Shown piece by piece: positions 10,297-18,849 of a stretch of DNA of 64,000 nt. Position 1 is the first letter of the stretch. Every line of letters begins with the position of its first letter. Where the stretch lies: positions 26,020 to 90,019 of the forward strand of contig CADAJN010000001.1 of assembly GCA_902788365.1 (NCBI GenBank). The letters run 5' to 3'. The translations under genes were made by a program, and so were the position numbers. The notes beneath the pieces are model-generated. The model saw only the letters and a program-made list of their open reading frames with translations, did not search any database and had not been told where the DNA came from. The stretch is from an uncultured Pseudomonadota bacterium. Its GTDB lineage: Bacteria; Pseudomonadota; Alphaproteobacteria; RF32; CAG-239.

Positions 10297-13200
10297 TTAT
10301 ACCGTCGGCATATTGAACCGCCAGGTCTTACCGTCGCTTGCGCGAGTGATGACCAGAACGGAGCCGTTATTTTCGGCAGAAAGTGTATAATCTCCCGTAA
10401 ACACCGTATTGTGACCATTATGGAAGCCCATAATGGTGGCATCGGAGTACGAAATCATACTATAAGTGGTAGAGCCATCTGCGGCGCGCCACTTCATAGC
10501 TGTGGAGGCGTCTTTTGCCTCGCACGCTCTCCAAGCGCCGTTATAATAGGCGGCGGAGTTGATGTTTTCGGCTGTATTATACTCGAACATGCTCTCGTCT
10601 AAAGCGATATCAGCAGCGTCCTTCGGCACAATAAACTTAATCACACCCTTTTCCGTGCGAGCCACAAGAGTATACAACCAATCCTTACCGGTCTCAGTTA
10701 AAGAAACGGTAGCGGCTGTGCCCTTGATGCGTCCCCACTTCAGCTCCTTCTGCGGCTTGTTTACGGTGATTGTTCCGGTGGCCTGTGAGTTCTTGGTATT
10801 TGAACCGTAGGTGACCGAAATATTATTCCAATAACCGTAAATTGTAGCATCTTCTGTATCAGAAGATACAGAGGTGCCGGAGTCGTTAGAAGTGGCTGCA
10901 AACGCTATAATTCCAAAATCGTGGCTCACGCCGTCACGGCTATACACGATATGGTTTGGATCAAAGCTCTCCCACAGGTTGTCCTGCGTTGAAGCATCCA
11001 AAGAGGCAACGGTCTTAATGGTTCTCTTCTCTTGATTGTAAGAGAAGTAACCCTTTGTCTTAGCCTCAGTGTTATCCAAAGTCACGCTTGCAGCGCCCGT
11101 CTGCTGGTTGCCGTTCTTCTCAACGGATGAGAACGGGCCGAGGTAGATCATATTTCTATCAAAGAATTCAGAAATGCTCTCCTCAGTCTTGGTGTTGTCA
11201 GAGAACTTTGTCACCCAAGTCAAATTGACGTTAACTTTGTCGTCAACTACGTTAATGTAGGGGTTCAAAATCTCATGACCGACAACTGTCCTCTCCTTTG
11301 CCAAAACGATCTTACCGGGAGCCGTGATATTCTGGGTATTGTCCCCATAAGTCACGGAAATCTCACAGCTGTAATCGTAAGACATAGAAGTTGCCGTTTC
11401 CTCCGTCAGAGAAGTCTTGGCGTCCACGTAGGCAGCGCTGAAGTCAATGACGTCAAACACATGGCTCACGCCCTCACGGGTATAAACCAGCTTGTTGGCG
11501 TCGGTTGACTCCCACTCGTTATCGCGGCTTGTATTGGCATCGAGGTTGGCCACGGTCTTAATTCTGCGAGTCTGCAGAACGTAAGTCCAATAACCATTGC
11601 TCTTATCCACACTTGAGGTCAGCGTCACAGTGGCAGCACCCGTTGTGAACGGGAAGACAGCGCTGTTGGCCAGCCAATCGCTCAGACGAATCAGTTCTCT
11701 CGGAATGTCGATGTTATCTGACTCACTTTCTTCCGTATTGTTGTTAAACAACGTAACGAACTTCAAATCAGCAGATACATTTTCCTTTGTCACCTTCAAG
11801 TGAGCGTCGCGGATCTCGTGGCCGGTCACAATCTTATCCTTGTCAACAAGGATTGTGCCGGGAGCCATAGAGTTTACCGTGTTGTCGCCATAAGTAATGG
11901 CAATTGTTCCGGCAAAATCATAGGTATCCAACGTTGCAGTTGTCTCCTTCAGCGTTGCGCCATGATTAATCAGTGAAACCGAGAAATCAATCGTGCCAAA
12001 GTCCACAACAAAGCCCTCATCAACATACTTGATGTTGTTCGGGTCCACACAACGCCACGAGTTGTTCTGCGTTGAGCTGTTCAGCGTGGTAACGGCGTTC
12101 AAGAAGCGTGTCTGATTGACACAGCTCCAACCGTCCTCACTGTTCACAGCCTCAGTTGCCTCGAGCTTAATTGTCGGCTGTGCGGTAGCTTCGGCGGCAC
12201 TGGTCTCGTGACTGCTCCATGCGGACAAAAGCACGCGACTGCGCGGATACGTCTTACTGCGAGCTGTCTCCTTCTCAGTATTATCCGAGAGTTTGAGCAC
12301 GTCAGTGAAGCTTGCCGTTACGTCGTCATTGCCAATTGCCAAATTCTTATTACGGGCCTCACGACCGATAACAGAAACATCTGAAATCACGATTTTTCCC
12401 GGTGTCTCAGCGACAACGGTGGAACCGCCCAACGTCACGTTGAACTTGTCGCCATACTTATAGGTGTCTTTTCCGTCTTCCTGACCGGAAAGCGTGACAT
12501 AAGCGCCGTTGGTGTTGTTGACCTCAAACTTCAAATCGTCAAACTTCCACGTCTTGCCCTCGCGGGTGTAAGTGAAGTTGTTGGCAATAGCGATCAGAAC
12601 CTTGTTAGCCTGCTTTGAAGCATTCAGAGTTGCCTCTGATGTTGCATCATAATTCAGCTGGTCAAAATTCCAGAAGCCATTAGCCTTAGCCACCTTCGCG
12701 GTTTCTTTCAGAGCGGCGGCACTGGTTGACTGTGTGGCGTTCTTCTCATACGCCAGCCAGTCTGTTGCCGGCACTGCAGTCCACTCCACGTCAATCTGAT
12801 CCTTGGTAGTAGTTTGCGTCTTGTCATTGAAGTTCTCAACAAAAAGGATCTCGCCCTTAATGTGATTTCCTTCAACCCAGAGCTTACCTTCCTCAAGATC
12901 GAAAGACGTGCGCTCCTTCTGCTTGGTGTAAAGATCTGCCTTAGCATCCAGCGGATGTGCATGACCAAGATAAGAGATTCCAATCACGTCCATAATTTCT
13001 GCCTTCTGCCACCCCTCTTCGTCAGAGGCTACAGAAGTGATGCCGGTTGACGTCTGCGACACGGTCGGAGTCTTAAGATCCCAGACGATATCGCCCGCCA
13101 CCGGATGGTGGTAAACGGCTGTTTCCATCTCAAGGTCAGTCCACATCGTGACGAGATCGTCTTCCACGCTATTACTGTCGTCGGTGCGATAAGTAGCAAT

Positions 13201-14217
13201 CGTCTTCAGGATATCCCAATTTCCGTCAGTTCTTACCTTTGCAGGTTCTCCGGCGGCATACTTCGGGTTGATGGCCAAATCATTATAAGCAAAATTGCTT
13301 ACATAATGTTTGCCACCATATCTCTTGGTGAACTTGTGATTTACCACATAGGACAGGTGCTCGTTGACCACCTCGCCACTCTTCATGGTGAGAATCACGT
13401 CTGCGACAACCTCGCTGGTCGTCTCAGTCAGCCAATACTGATCTTTATTGATGACTTTGAAGTCCTCAACGTCATCAACATCAATCTCGTAGCGGTTCGT
13501 CATAATCTGCACCGGAATCTTGTTGAAAACTTCCGGATCTGCTGTCACGTTTTTCTCAATGACGTCAATCTCCGCTTTATACAGAGTCGGGTGCACTGCC
13601 TTGATATAAGTTTCACCAGCTGCACGAGTCGTGCTTGCCTGAACGTTCTCAACCGATACCAAACGAATAGCAGTGACAGAATCCGATGGGAAAGGCACCA
13701 CTTTGCCGGCAATCTCTATCGTCTCGGTGGTCACCTTGACCGGAACAAACACAGTGTTGTCCTGTGTCTTGGCAATCAGCGTATCCAATTCCTCCCACAG
13801 ACCTGTCTGAGCATTGAACACATAGTGCCTGCGAAGCTCCTGTGACAAGATGTGATTCTCCACCTGCTCGGCGGTAATCTGATAGTTTTCCTTCTCAAGA
13901 TAGATACCACCGTCCAGTTTCGGGTGACGTCCAAACTTCATGGGCTCTCCCTCAATCTCACCATCGACATACGTTGTTACAGTGAGTAAGGCATCCATGT
14001 TGTCAGAAGTCTTGTCATCATCAAGAATAACGTCCCAATCATGGGTCAAAGAACCCTTGATTACCTTGTTCTCTATCCTCTCACCATCAGGCTTATCAAA
14101 GGACTGCTTGTTCCTTCTTGCATCCACGTCATCATTGTTACATGATGACATACCAAAAATCATGCCGACAACAAACAGCGTTGCGGCGAAAAACCGTAAA
14201 AAACTAGACTTAACCAT
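10297..14217 (-). CDS. giant surface lipoprotein with three internal ~100-aa repeats
   Basis: 1306-aa uninterrupted ORF. The signal MVKSSFLRFFAATLFVVGMIFGMSSC-NNDD has a Bacteroidota-like lipoprotein export signal. Repeated blocks TIKTVA(N/S)LDA(N/S)T…YSRDGVSHDFG…SVTYG(D/S)NT.N…APGKIV occur three times. Confidence 0.7.
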   Translation of the reverse strand: MVKSSFLRFFAATLFVVGMIFGMSSCNNDDVDARRNKQSFDKPDGERIENKVIKGSLTHDWDVILDDDKTSDNMDALLTVTTYVDGEIEGEPMKFGRHPKLDGGIYLEKENYQITAEQVENHILSQELRRHYVFNAQTGLWEELDTLIAKTQDNTVFVPVKVTTETIEIAGKVVPFPSDSVTAIRLVSVENVQASTTRAAGETYIKAVHPTLYKAEIDVIEKNVTADPEVFNKIPVQIMTNRYEIDVDDVEDFKVINKDQYWLTETTSEVVADVILTMKSGEVVNEHLSYVVNHKFTKRYGGKHYVSNFAYNDLAINPKYAAGEPAKVRTDGNWDILKTIATYRTDDSNSVEDDLVTMWTDLEMETAVYHHPVAGDIVWDLKTPTVSQTSTGITSVASDEEGWQKAEIMDVIGISYLGHAHPLDAKADLYTKQKERTSFDLEEGKLWVEGNHIKGEILFVENFNDKTQTTTKDQIDVEWTAVPATDWLAYEKNATQSTSAAALKETAKVAKANGFWNFDQLNYDATSEATLNASKQANKVLIAIANNFTYTREGKTWKFDDLKFEVNNTNGAYVTLSGQEDGKDTYKYGDKFNVTLGGSTVVAETPGKIVISDVSVIGREARNKNLAIGNDDVTASFTDVLKLSDNTEKETARSKTYPRSRVLLSAWSSHETSAAEATAQPTIKLEATEAVNSEDGWSCVNQTRFLNAVTTLNSSTQNNSWRCVDPNNIKYVDEGFVVDFGTIDFSVSLINHGATLKETTATLDTYDFAGTIAITYGDNTVNSMAPGTILVDKDKIVTGHEIRDAHLKVTKENVSADLKFVTLFNNNTEESESDNIDIPRELIRLSDWLANSAVFPFTTGAATVTLTSSVDKSNGYWTYVLQTRRIKTVANLDANTSRDNEWESTDANKLVYTREGVSHVFDVIDFSAAYVDAKTSLTEETATSMSYDYSCEISVTYGDNTQNITAPGKIVLAKERTVVGHEILNPYINVVDDKVNVNLTWVTKFSDNTKTEESISEFFDRNMIYLGPFSSVEKNGNQQTGAASVTLDNTEAKTKGYFSYNQEKRTIKTVASLDASTQDNLWESFDPNHIVYSRDGVSHDFGIIAFAATSNDSGTSVSSDTEDATIYGYWNNISVTYGSNTKNSQATGTITVNKPQKELKWGRIKGTAATVSLTETGKDWLYTLVARTEKGVIKFIVPKDAADIALDESMFEYNTAENINSAAYYNGAWRACEAKDASTAMKWRAADGSTTYSMISYSDATIMGFHNGHNTVFTGDYTLSAENNGSVLVITRASDGKTWRFNMPTV

Positions 14218-14503
14218 ATTTAGAAAGATTAAAATTTATAATTTTATACACTTAAATTGCCTTAAACACGGGGTAAAAGGCCGAGAGTATGTAAAATTAC
14301 CATTGAAAAGAAAAAATATTTCTTCTCTCCAATAATTGAACATAATCTCATCTATATATTTGTATTTGCGAAACATAGTATAGCACAACTTTTTTCAAAA
14401 AACAATGACAAAAAAACACTTGACAGAAAAAATTTTTATGCTATAAAGACTACGATTTTTTTATTATTAGTTAACATGTTTCACTTTTTAAAGCATTACA
14501 ATT

Positions 14504-14662
14504 ATGGCTAACAAAACGCAGCGTCCTAACAAAGGAGCCAAGAAAGAGAAAGGAACTAACAAGAAGACCAAGATGAAGACTCAGTATCAGCGCGAGTGTG
14601 CCGCCGCCAAGAACATCAGGCGCCAGAAGCACGTTCCCGCCCCCACGGCAGGCTTCAGATAA
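14504..14662 (+). CDS. small highly basic protein (52 aa), not in the ORF track
   Basis: atg gct aac aaa … aga taa encodes MANKTQRPNKGAKKEKGTNKKTKMKTQYQRECAAAKNIRRQKHVPAPTAGFR. Its codon style matches the island, whereas the overlapping minus-strand ORFs do not. Confidence 0.25.
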   Translation: MANKTQRPNKGAKKEKGTNKKTKMKTQYQRECAAAKNIRRQKHVPAPTAGFR

Positions 14663-14856
14663 TTTCCTCTTTTTGACATGTGCGTAAATGTTAATCTTTT
14701 CAAAAACGGCGTAGGAACGTATGAGTCCCATGCCGTTTTTTTGTGCTTTATTAAATTTCTTCTTGACAAAATAGAGAAAATATTTTACACTACCGGTTAG
14801 TTTTGGATTATTTTGTGTGCAAATTTTTAATTACTAACCTCTTAAAAGCATTAGCT

Positions 14857-15537
14857 ATGAGAAAGTCTATTTTTATTTTCGGTATCGCCCTTTGTGCGAT
14901 GTTGGTTTGTTCTTGTGAAAGCAAGAAGGAGAAAACTACCCCTCTAACCGGCAATCTGGTAACATTTATGCAGAATGATAAAGTCGGGGTAAAGACTACT
15001 GAAGGCGTAACTTTGGTCAGTGCTGACTACGATGCCATCAGCTTCAACGACAAGGTCAACGTGATTGAAGCCTTGAGCGCCGACGAGACCACGCTGTTTA
15101 GCCTAGACGGATCACGGCTGTTCTCTGCCAAGGATTTCACCACCGAGCCTGCCGGCGACGGATTCTTCCGCATGAAGGCCGGCGAGAAAACCTATCTGAT
15201 CGGAACCGGCGCTGTCAAAGGTTCCTGGGGCCCGTTTGAGGATATTCAGATCAACGGCAACTATCTGTTCTTCCGCGGTGAAGACGGATGGGGAATCGCA
15301 ACTGTTAGCCATCAAGGCCTTGCGCCACGCCGCTTTGCAAAAGCCTATGTGGTGGACAACGGCAAGACATTCGGCGTTTTGGTCATGAATCGCGACGGCT
15401 GGGCGCTTTACGACAAAACCGGCGTTTCCGATGGGGTGCAGTATGACATTCCATCCAAGGTTCTTGCCAAGCAGGTTGCCAAGCTCAAACTGCCGGCTGA
15501 GCCGTATGGCGTGATTAAAGTCAGCTGGGATTTGTAA
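14857..15537 (+). CDS. lipoprotein with WG-type repeats
   Basis: MRKSIFIFGIALCAMLVCSC lipobox. DGWGIATV and RDGWALYDKTG are WG-repeat-like motifs. Confidence 0.5.
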   Translation: MRKSIFIFGIALCAMLVCSCESKKEKTTPLTGNLVTFMQNDKVGVKTTEGVTLVSADYDAISFNDKVNVIEALSADETTLFSLDGSRLFSAKDFTTEPAGDGFFRMKAGEKTYLIGTGAVKGSWGPFEDIQINGNYLFFRGEDGWGIATVSHQGLAPRRFAKAYVVDNGKTFGVLVMNRDGWALYDKTGVSDGVQYDIPSKVLAKQVAKLKLPAEPYGVIKVSWDL

Positions 15538-15553
15538 CCCTTAACAAGAGATG

Positions 15554-15610
15554 CCTCTGTTTGTATTGTTCGCTTAATGCAAATAATTACAAACAGAGGT
15601 GTTTCTTTTT
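15554..15610 (+). terminator. intrinsic terminator
   Basis: 12-bp stem cctctgtttgta/tacaaacagagg followed by tgtttcttttt. Confidence 0.6.
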
Positions 15611-15655
15611 AAAATTATGTTTGACTTCGGCACATACCGATGTTAAAGTCAGTTA

Positions 15656-15897
15656 AACTCTGAATTTTTATGCCTACAATTATATGAAACAGGAAAAATT
15701 ATTTTCCGATGACCTTTTGGGCAACAATGCTTCCCGAGGTCAAAAAATCTCCGCCAAGAATGATGCCGTAATGGATTCAAACCGTCCTCCGCGACGCGAT
15801 GAATACCACGAGGGTTTTATACTTCGCGGAGAATGTCTGTAAAACTCATTCATTTCGGTCTCAACCTTATTTAACCGTAAGGTTGAGATTTTTTTTA
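15656..15897 (+). ncRNA. candidate small RNA (about 240 nt) with its own promoter and terminator
   Basis: TTGACT(15621)-17 nt-TAAAGT promoter-like element. Internal helices gacct/aggtc and ctccgcga/tcgcggag. 3' hairpin tctcaacctt/aaggttgaga plus T9 at 15859-15897. No convincing ORF. Confidence 0.25.
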
Positions 15898-15952
15898 TTA
15901 TGAACCGTTTTTTAACCATCAGCACCTAAAATACCTTTCGGGAGGCGCAGAA

Positions 15953-16633
15953 ATGTTGACGTATAATCATTATATATTAGGCACTCATCCGCAAAACTTG
16001 GTCATTTTTTTGCACGGATATAACGGTAATCCGGCAGATCATCAATATGCAGTTGATTGGCTTAAACAATATTTGCAACAAAGTATTTTAATTGTGCCTG
16101 AAGCTCCCGAAATTTGCGATAAAAATCCGCAAAAAAAACAATGGTTCGGCATGCTCAAATATGATGCAGCGAATCGCCGCAGCCAGCCCGAAACAACGGT
16201 TGCCGAAATTATGGATATTTATAACGCGGCAGCTCAAGAAATTGCATCTCGCGCGCAAATGCTTAATGAATTTATCAGCAATATGCAAAAACAATTCAAT
16301 GTTGACAATGCTCACACTTATTTAATCGGCTTTTCGCAAGGCGCCATGCTGACCATTTGGGCAGCCTTAACCCGAGCGCAAAACATTGCCGGCGGCTTTG
16401 TGCTGTCCGGATTAATCGCCGCTGAAAAAACTTTAACCGACAGAATCGTTTCGCGGCCGCCGCTTTATCTGTTTCATGGTCAAGATGATATGAAAGTGCA
16501 ATTTAAGACACTTGATTTTTCGGTTCAGTGGTTACAGCAACGGCAAATTCCACTCAAAGTGCAAACCTATAGCGGTTTACCACACCGCATCAATGAAGAT
16601 GAAATTAAAACCATTGCCGATTTAATTAACTAA
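15953..16633 (+). CDS. phospholipase/carboxylesterase family alpha/beta hydrolase
   Basis: LHGYNGN and GFSQGA (nucleophile elbow) motifs. About 226 aa. Confidence 0.6.
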   Translation: MLTYNHYILGTHPQNLVIFLHGYNGNPADHQYAVDWLKQYLQQSILIVPEAPEICDKNPQKKQWFGMLKYDAANRRSQPETTVAEIMDIYNAAAQEIASRAQMLNEFISNMQKQFNVDNAHTYLIGFSQGAMLTIWAALTRAQNIAGGFVLSGLIAAEKTLTDRIVSRPPLYLFHGQDDMKVQFKTLDFSVQWLQQRQIPLKVQTYSGLPHRINEDEIKTIADLIN

Positions 16634-16756
16634 AGTTAATCCTTAATATTTTACATTTCGGCAAAAACCGCAGTTCAAATTGACAAAAAAAACTTGATTT
16701 TTGCAACAAAATATGTTTTATTAAAAGCAATCATTTATTTTTAATTCTCTCTTATT

Positions 16757-17695
16757 ATGACCAAGGATCAAAAGGCGGCATTGAAAGCGCATGTCCTTTC
16801 ACCCGCAATTACGATGTTTGATTTTGTATATTCGGAAACCGCCGAATATCATGGTATCAACAATTTACCTGAGGAAATGTATATGCCTGCCGCGCACCAG
16901 ATTTGCCTGCAAGTCTTGCAGCCGGTGGCAGATCATTTCCGAAAGTCAATCAGAATTGTCAGCGCTTACCGCTCGCCCAAACTCAACCAGTTGCTCGGCG
17001 GCGCGCCAAACTCTCAGCACCTGACTTGTCAGGCGGTAGATTTTAAGGTTGTCGGTCTCAGTCTGAACACTGTGGCCAAGTGGATTGCCGAACATCTGGA
17101 CTTTGACCTTTTGTTGCTGGAATATGAAGATTACACCGACATAGAGTATTCTGCCTCGTGGCTTCATGTTTCATACAATAAGGGGGCTAACCGCCGGTTA
17201 GATTTAACGACCGAAGCCGGATTGCACGCCATGAAGCTTTCGCCCAATTTCTCATTGTGGGAGATGGTGCGTTCGGCCACCGCAACGGCACGCAAAATTT
17301 ACAACATTCCTGATGAAGCCGGTATTGAAAGGTTGCGTCTGGTTTGTCGTAATATCTTGCAGCCGGTACGCAATCATTTCAACCGTCCGGTGCGTGTCAA
17401 TTCCGGCTATCGTTCGCCGGCACTCAATCGTGTGCTCAGCGGCGCCAGCAAAACATCGCAACACATGAAGTGTGAAGCGGTTGACTTTGAAATCATGGGG
17501 CTGGACAACTTTGATTTGGCGCAGTGGATTGCTAAAAATCTGGACTATGACCAGCTGATATTGGAATTTTACGGCAACAATCCGTCTGATCCCAATGACG
17601 GCTGGGTTCATACTTCTTTTAGTGCCAAGCGTAATCGTCATAAGGATCTGACGATTAACAAAAACGGTACTTTCGCCGGTTTGAAGCCGCGCTGA
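16757..17695 (+). CDS. protein with two tandem peptidase M15A (DUF882 / DD-carboxypeptidase-like) domains
   Basis: Duplicated blocks SAYRSPKLNQLLGGAPNSQHLTCQAVDF and SGYRSPALNRVLSGASKTSQHMKCEAVDF, each preceded by an FxxxEMV/FDFVYSETA lead-in. No signal peptide. Confidence 0.55.
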   Translation: MTKDQKAALKAHVLSPAITMFDFVYSETAEYHGINNLPEEMYMPAAHQICLQVLQPVADHFRKSIRIVSAYRSPKLNQLLGGAPNSQHLTCQAVDFKVVGLSLNTVAKWIAEHLDFDLLLLEYEDYTDIEYSASWLHVSYNKGANRRLDLTTEAGLHAMKLSPNFSLWEMVRSATATARKIYNIPDEAGIERLRLVCRNILQPVRNHFNRPVRVNSGYRSPALNRVLSGASKTSQHMKCEAVDFEIMGLDNFDLAQWIAKNLDYDQLILEFYGNNPSDPNDGWVHTSFSAKRNRHKDLTINKNGTFAGLKPR

Positions 17696-17821
17696 TTTAC
17701 TCTTTAATGCCGCACTTCTTTTGAGGTGCGGCATTTTTGCTTTCCTTGTTCATCCCTAGCCTTTAACAATAAATTAGCAATTCCATGTTATATTTCAAAA
17801 AAAATCGGGGAGACGATTCTG

Positions 17822-18373
17822 ATGAAAAAATTGTTTGTTTTATTGAGTTTTTTACTGTTCATCTTAACGGCTTGCGGGCGCGATGAAGATAACGCACAAC
17901 AAGTTGCCGTAGAAGAAGACTACTCGGATATTGATATTGCCGAAACCGTCGGACCGTCGGCTTCATTAGATTTGTTGCAAATTATTGCTAAAGAACCTAA
18001 ACATTTTCGTCGCGAATTTAAAAAACTGGATAATGCACAACAATATTATTTCTGCGCGGCTTTTGCCATGGGCGCCATGTCGGTTTCAAAACCGGCCACC
18101 GCATCGGCAATGGTTAATTATTTTGTCGGCTTGGGTGTTGCCGAATATGGCCGCGGTATTGATGCCGAAACATACAAGGCGTTTGACTTTGGCAAAAATA
18201 TTTTTCACTTTGAACCTGTCGTCAATTTGATTTTACACCGAAGAATTTGCGAAGATATCATCGGTCGTGCTTCCGAAGGCGTAAAAAGCAAAAAACTGAC
18301 GACCAAAAACATTAACGAGCTCGGTAAAAAAGAAGTGCGCAAAATCGTAGATTTTATTCAAAAGAGCAATTAG
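17822..18373 (+). CDS. putative lipoprotein
   Basis: ATG at 17822 after GGGGA. MKKLFVLLSFLLFILTAC lipobox. Confidence 0.5.
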   Translation: MKKLFVLLSFLLFILTACGRDEDNAQQVAVEEDYSDIDIAETVGPSASLDLLQIIAKEPKHFRREFKKLDNAQQYYFCAAFAMGAMSVSKPATASAMVNYFVGLGVAEYGRGIDAETYKAFDFGKNIFHFEPVVNLILHRRICEDIIGRASEGVKSKKLTTKNINELGKKEVRKIVDFIQKSN

Positions 18374-18849
18374 CGGCGCCACGCTTGTATTTTTTTCCAC
18401 ACATCTGCCGGAGACTGCAAAATTGAAACATTTTGCGTGCCGTAATGTAATATTTTAGTCGGCACATCAAATCGTGCATACGGAGTTGTAAAATATCGGC
18501 CGTATATCGGGCTGTCATCAATATGTATTGCTATATCTTGCTCGGCACAATATTTTCCTTTGGCGGCATTCCACGCTTCGTCATCAATATGAAACGAGCC
18601 ATCCGCAGCAACCTCTATTTTTTCCTTGGCGTCAAAATAATCAAAAATACACCACAAAACATCATACTGAAATCCATGTGCCGACAAATACTCTTTTATA
18701 TATTCTCTTGGTCCGCCACTAACAATGTATATCAAATTTTCTTGCGCTCTCGCTTCATCTGCCAATGCCTTAAAAAAATCCGGTGCCTGATTGATAACTC
18801 CATGAAAATCAAAGCTTATTTTATTACCATGCTTCATCTTCACCGCCAA
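18370..18849 (-). CDS. HAD-like hydrolase fold protein (non-canonical motif I)
   Basis: ISFDFHGVI (DxH instead of DxD), VSGG, and HIDD motifs in HAD order. Confidence 0.4.
   Translation of the reverse strand: MAVKMKHGNKISFDFHGVINQAPDFFKALADEARAQENLIYIVSGGPREYIKEYLSAHGFQYDVLWCIFDYFDAKEKIEVAADGSFHIDDEAWNAAKGKYCAEQDIAIHIDDSPIYGRYFTTPYARFDVPTKILHYGTQNVSILQSPADVWKKIQAWRR

Larger units (their letters stand above)
10230..15620. other. compositionally distinct island (higher GC, different codon usage, Bacteroidota-style lipoproteins)
   Basis: Sampled 60-mers are 50-57% GC against about 40-42% in the flanks. Codons shift from ccg/gcc/aaa/ttt to atc/ctc/aag/gtc. Terminators bound it at both ends. Confidence 0.6.

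Noticed and set aside
14471-14769. Minus-strand ORFs of 86 and 60 aa overlapping the small basic ORF
   Set aside because: Gly/Leu-run composition and no start context. The plus-strand basic ORF fits the island codon usage better. None is certain.
15740-15925. 61-aa minus-strand ORF across the candidate sRNA terminator
   Set aside because: It would run through a strong plus-strand intrinsic terminator hairpin and has no ribosome-binding site. The RNA interpretation is preferred.
17252-17734. 160-aa ORF on the minus strand inside the M15A gene
   Set aside because: It is fully embedded antisense to a gene with clear duplicated domain structure and has low-complexity composition. It is most likely a shadow ORF.
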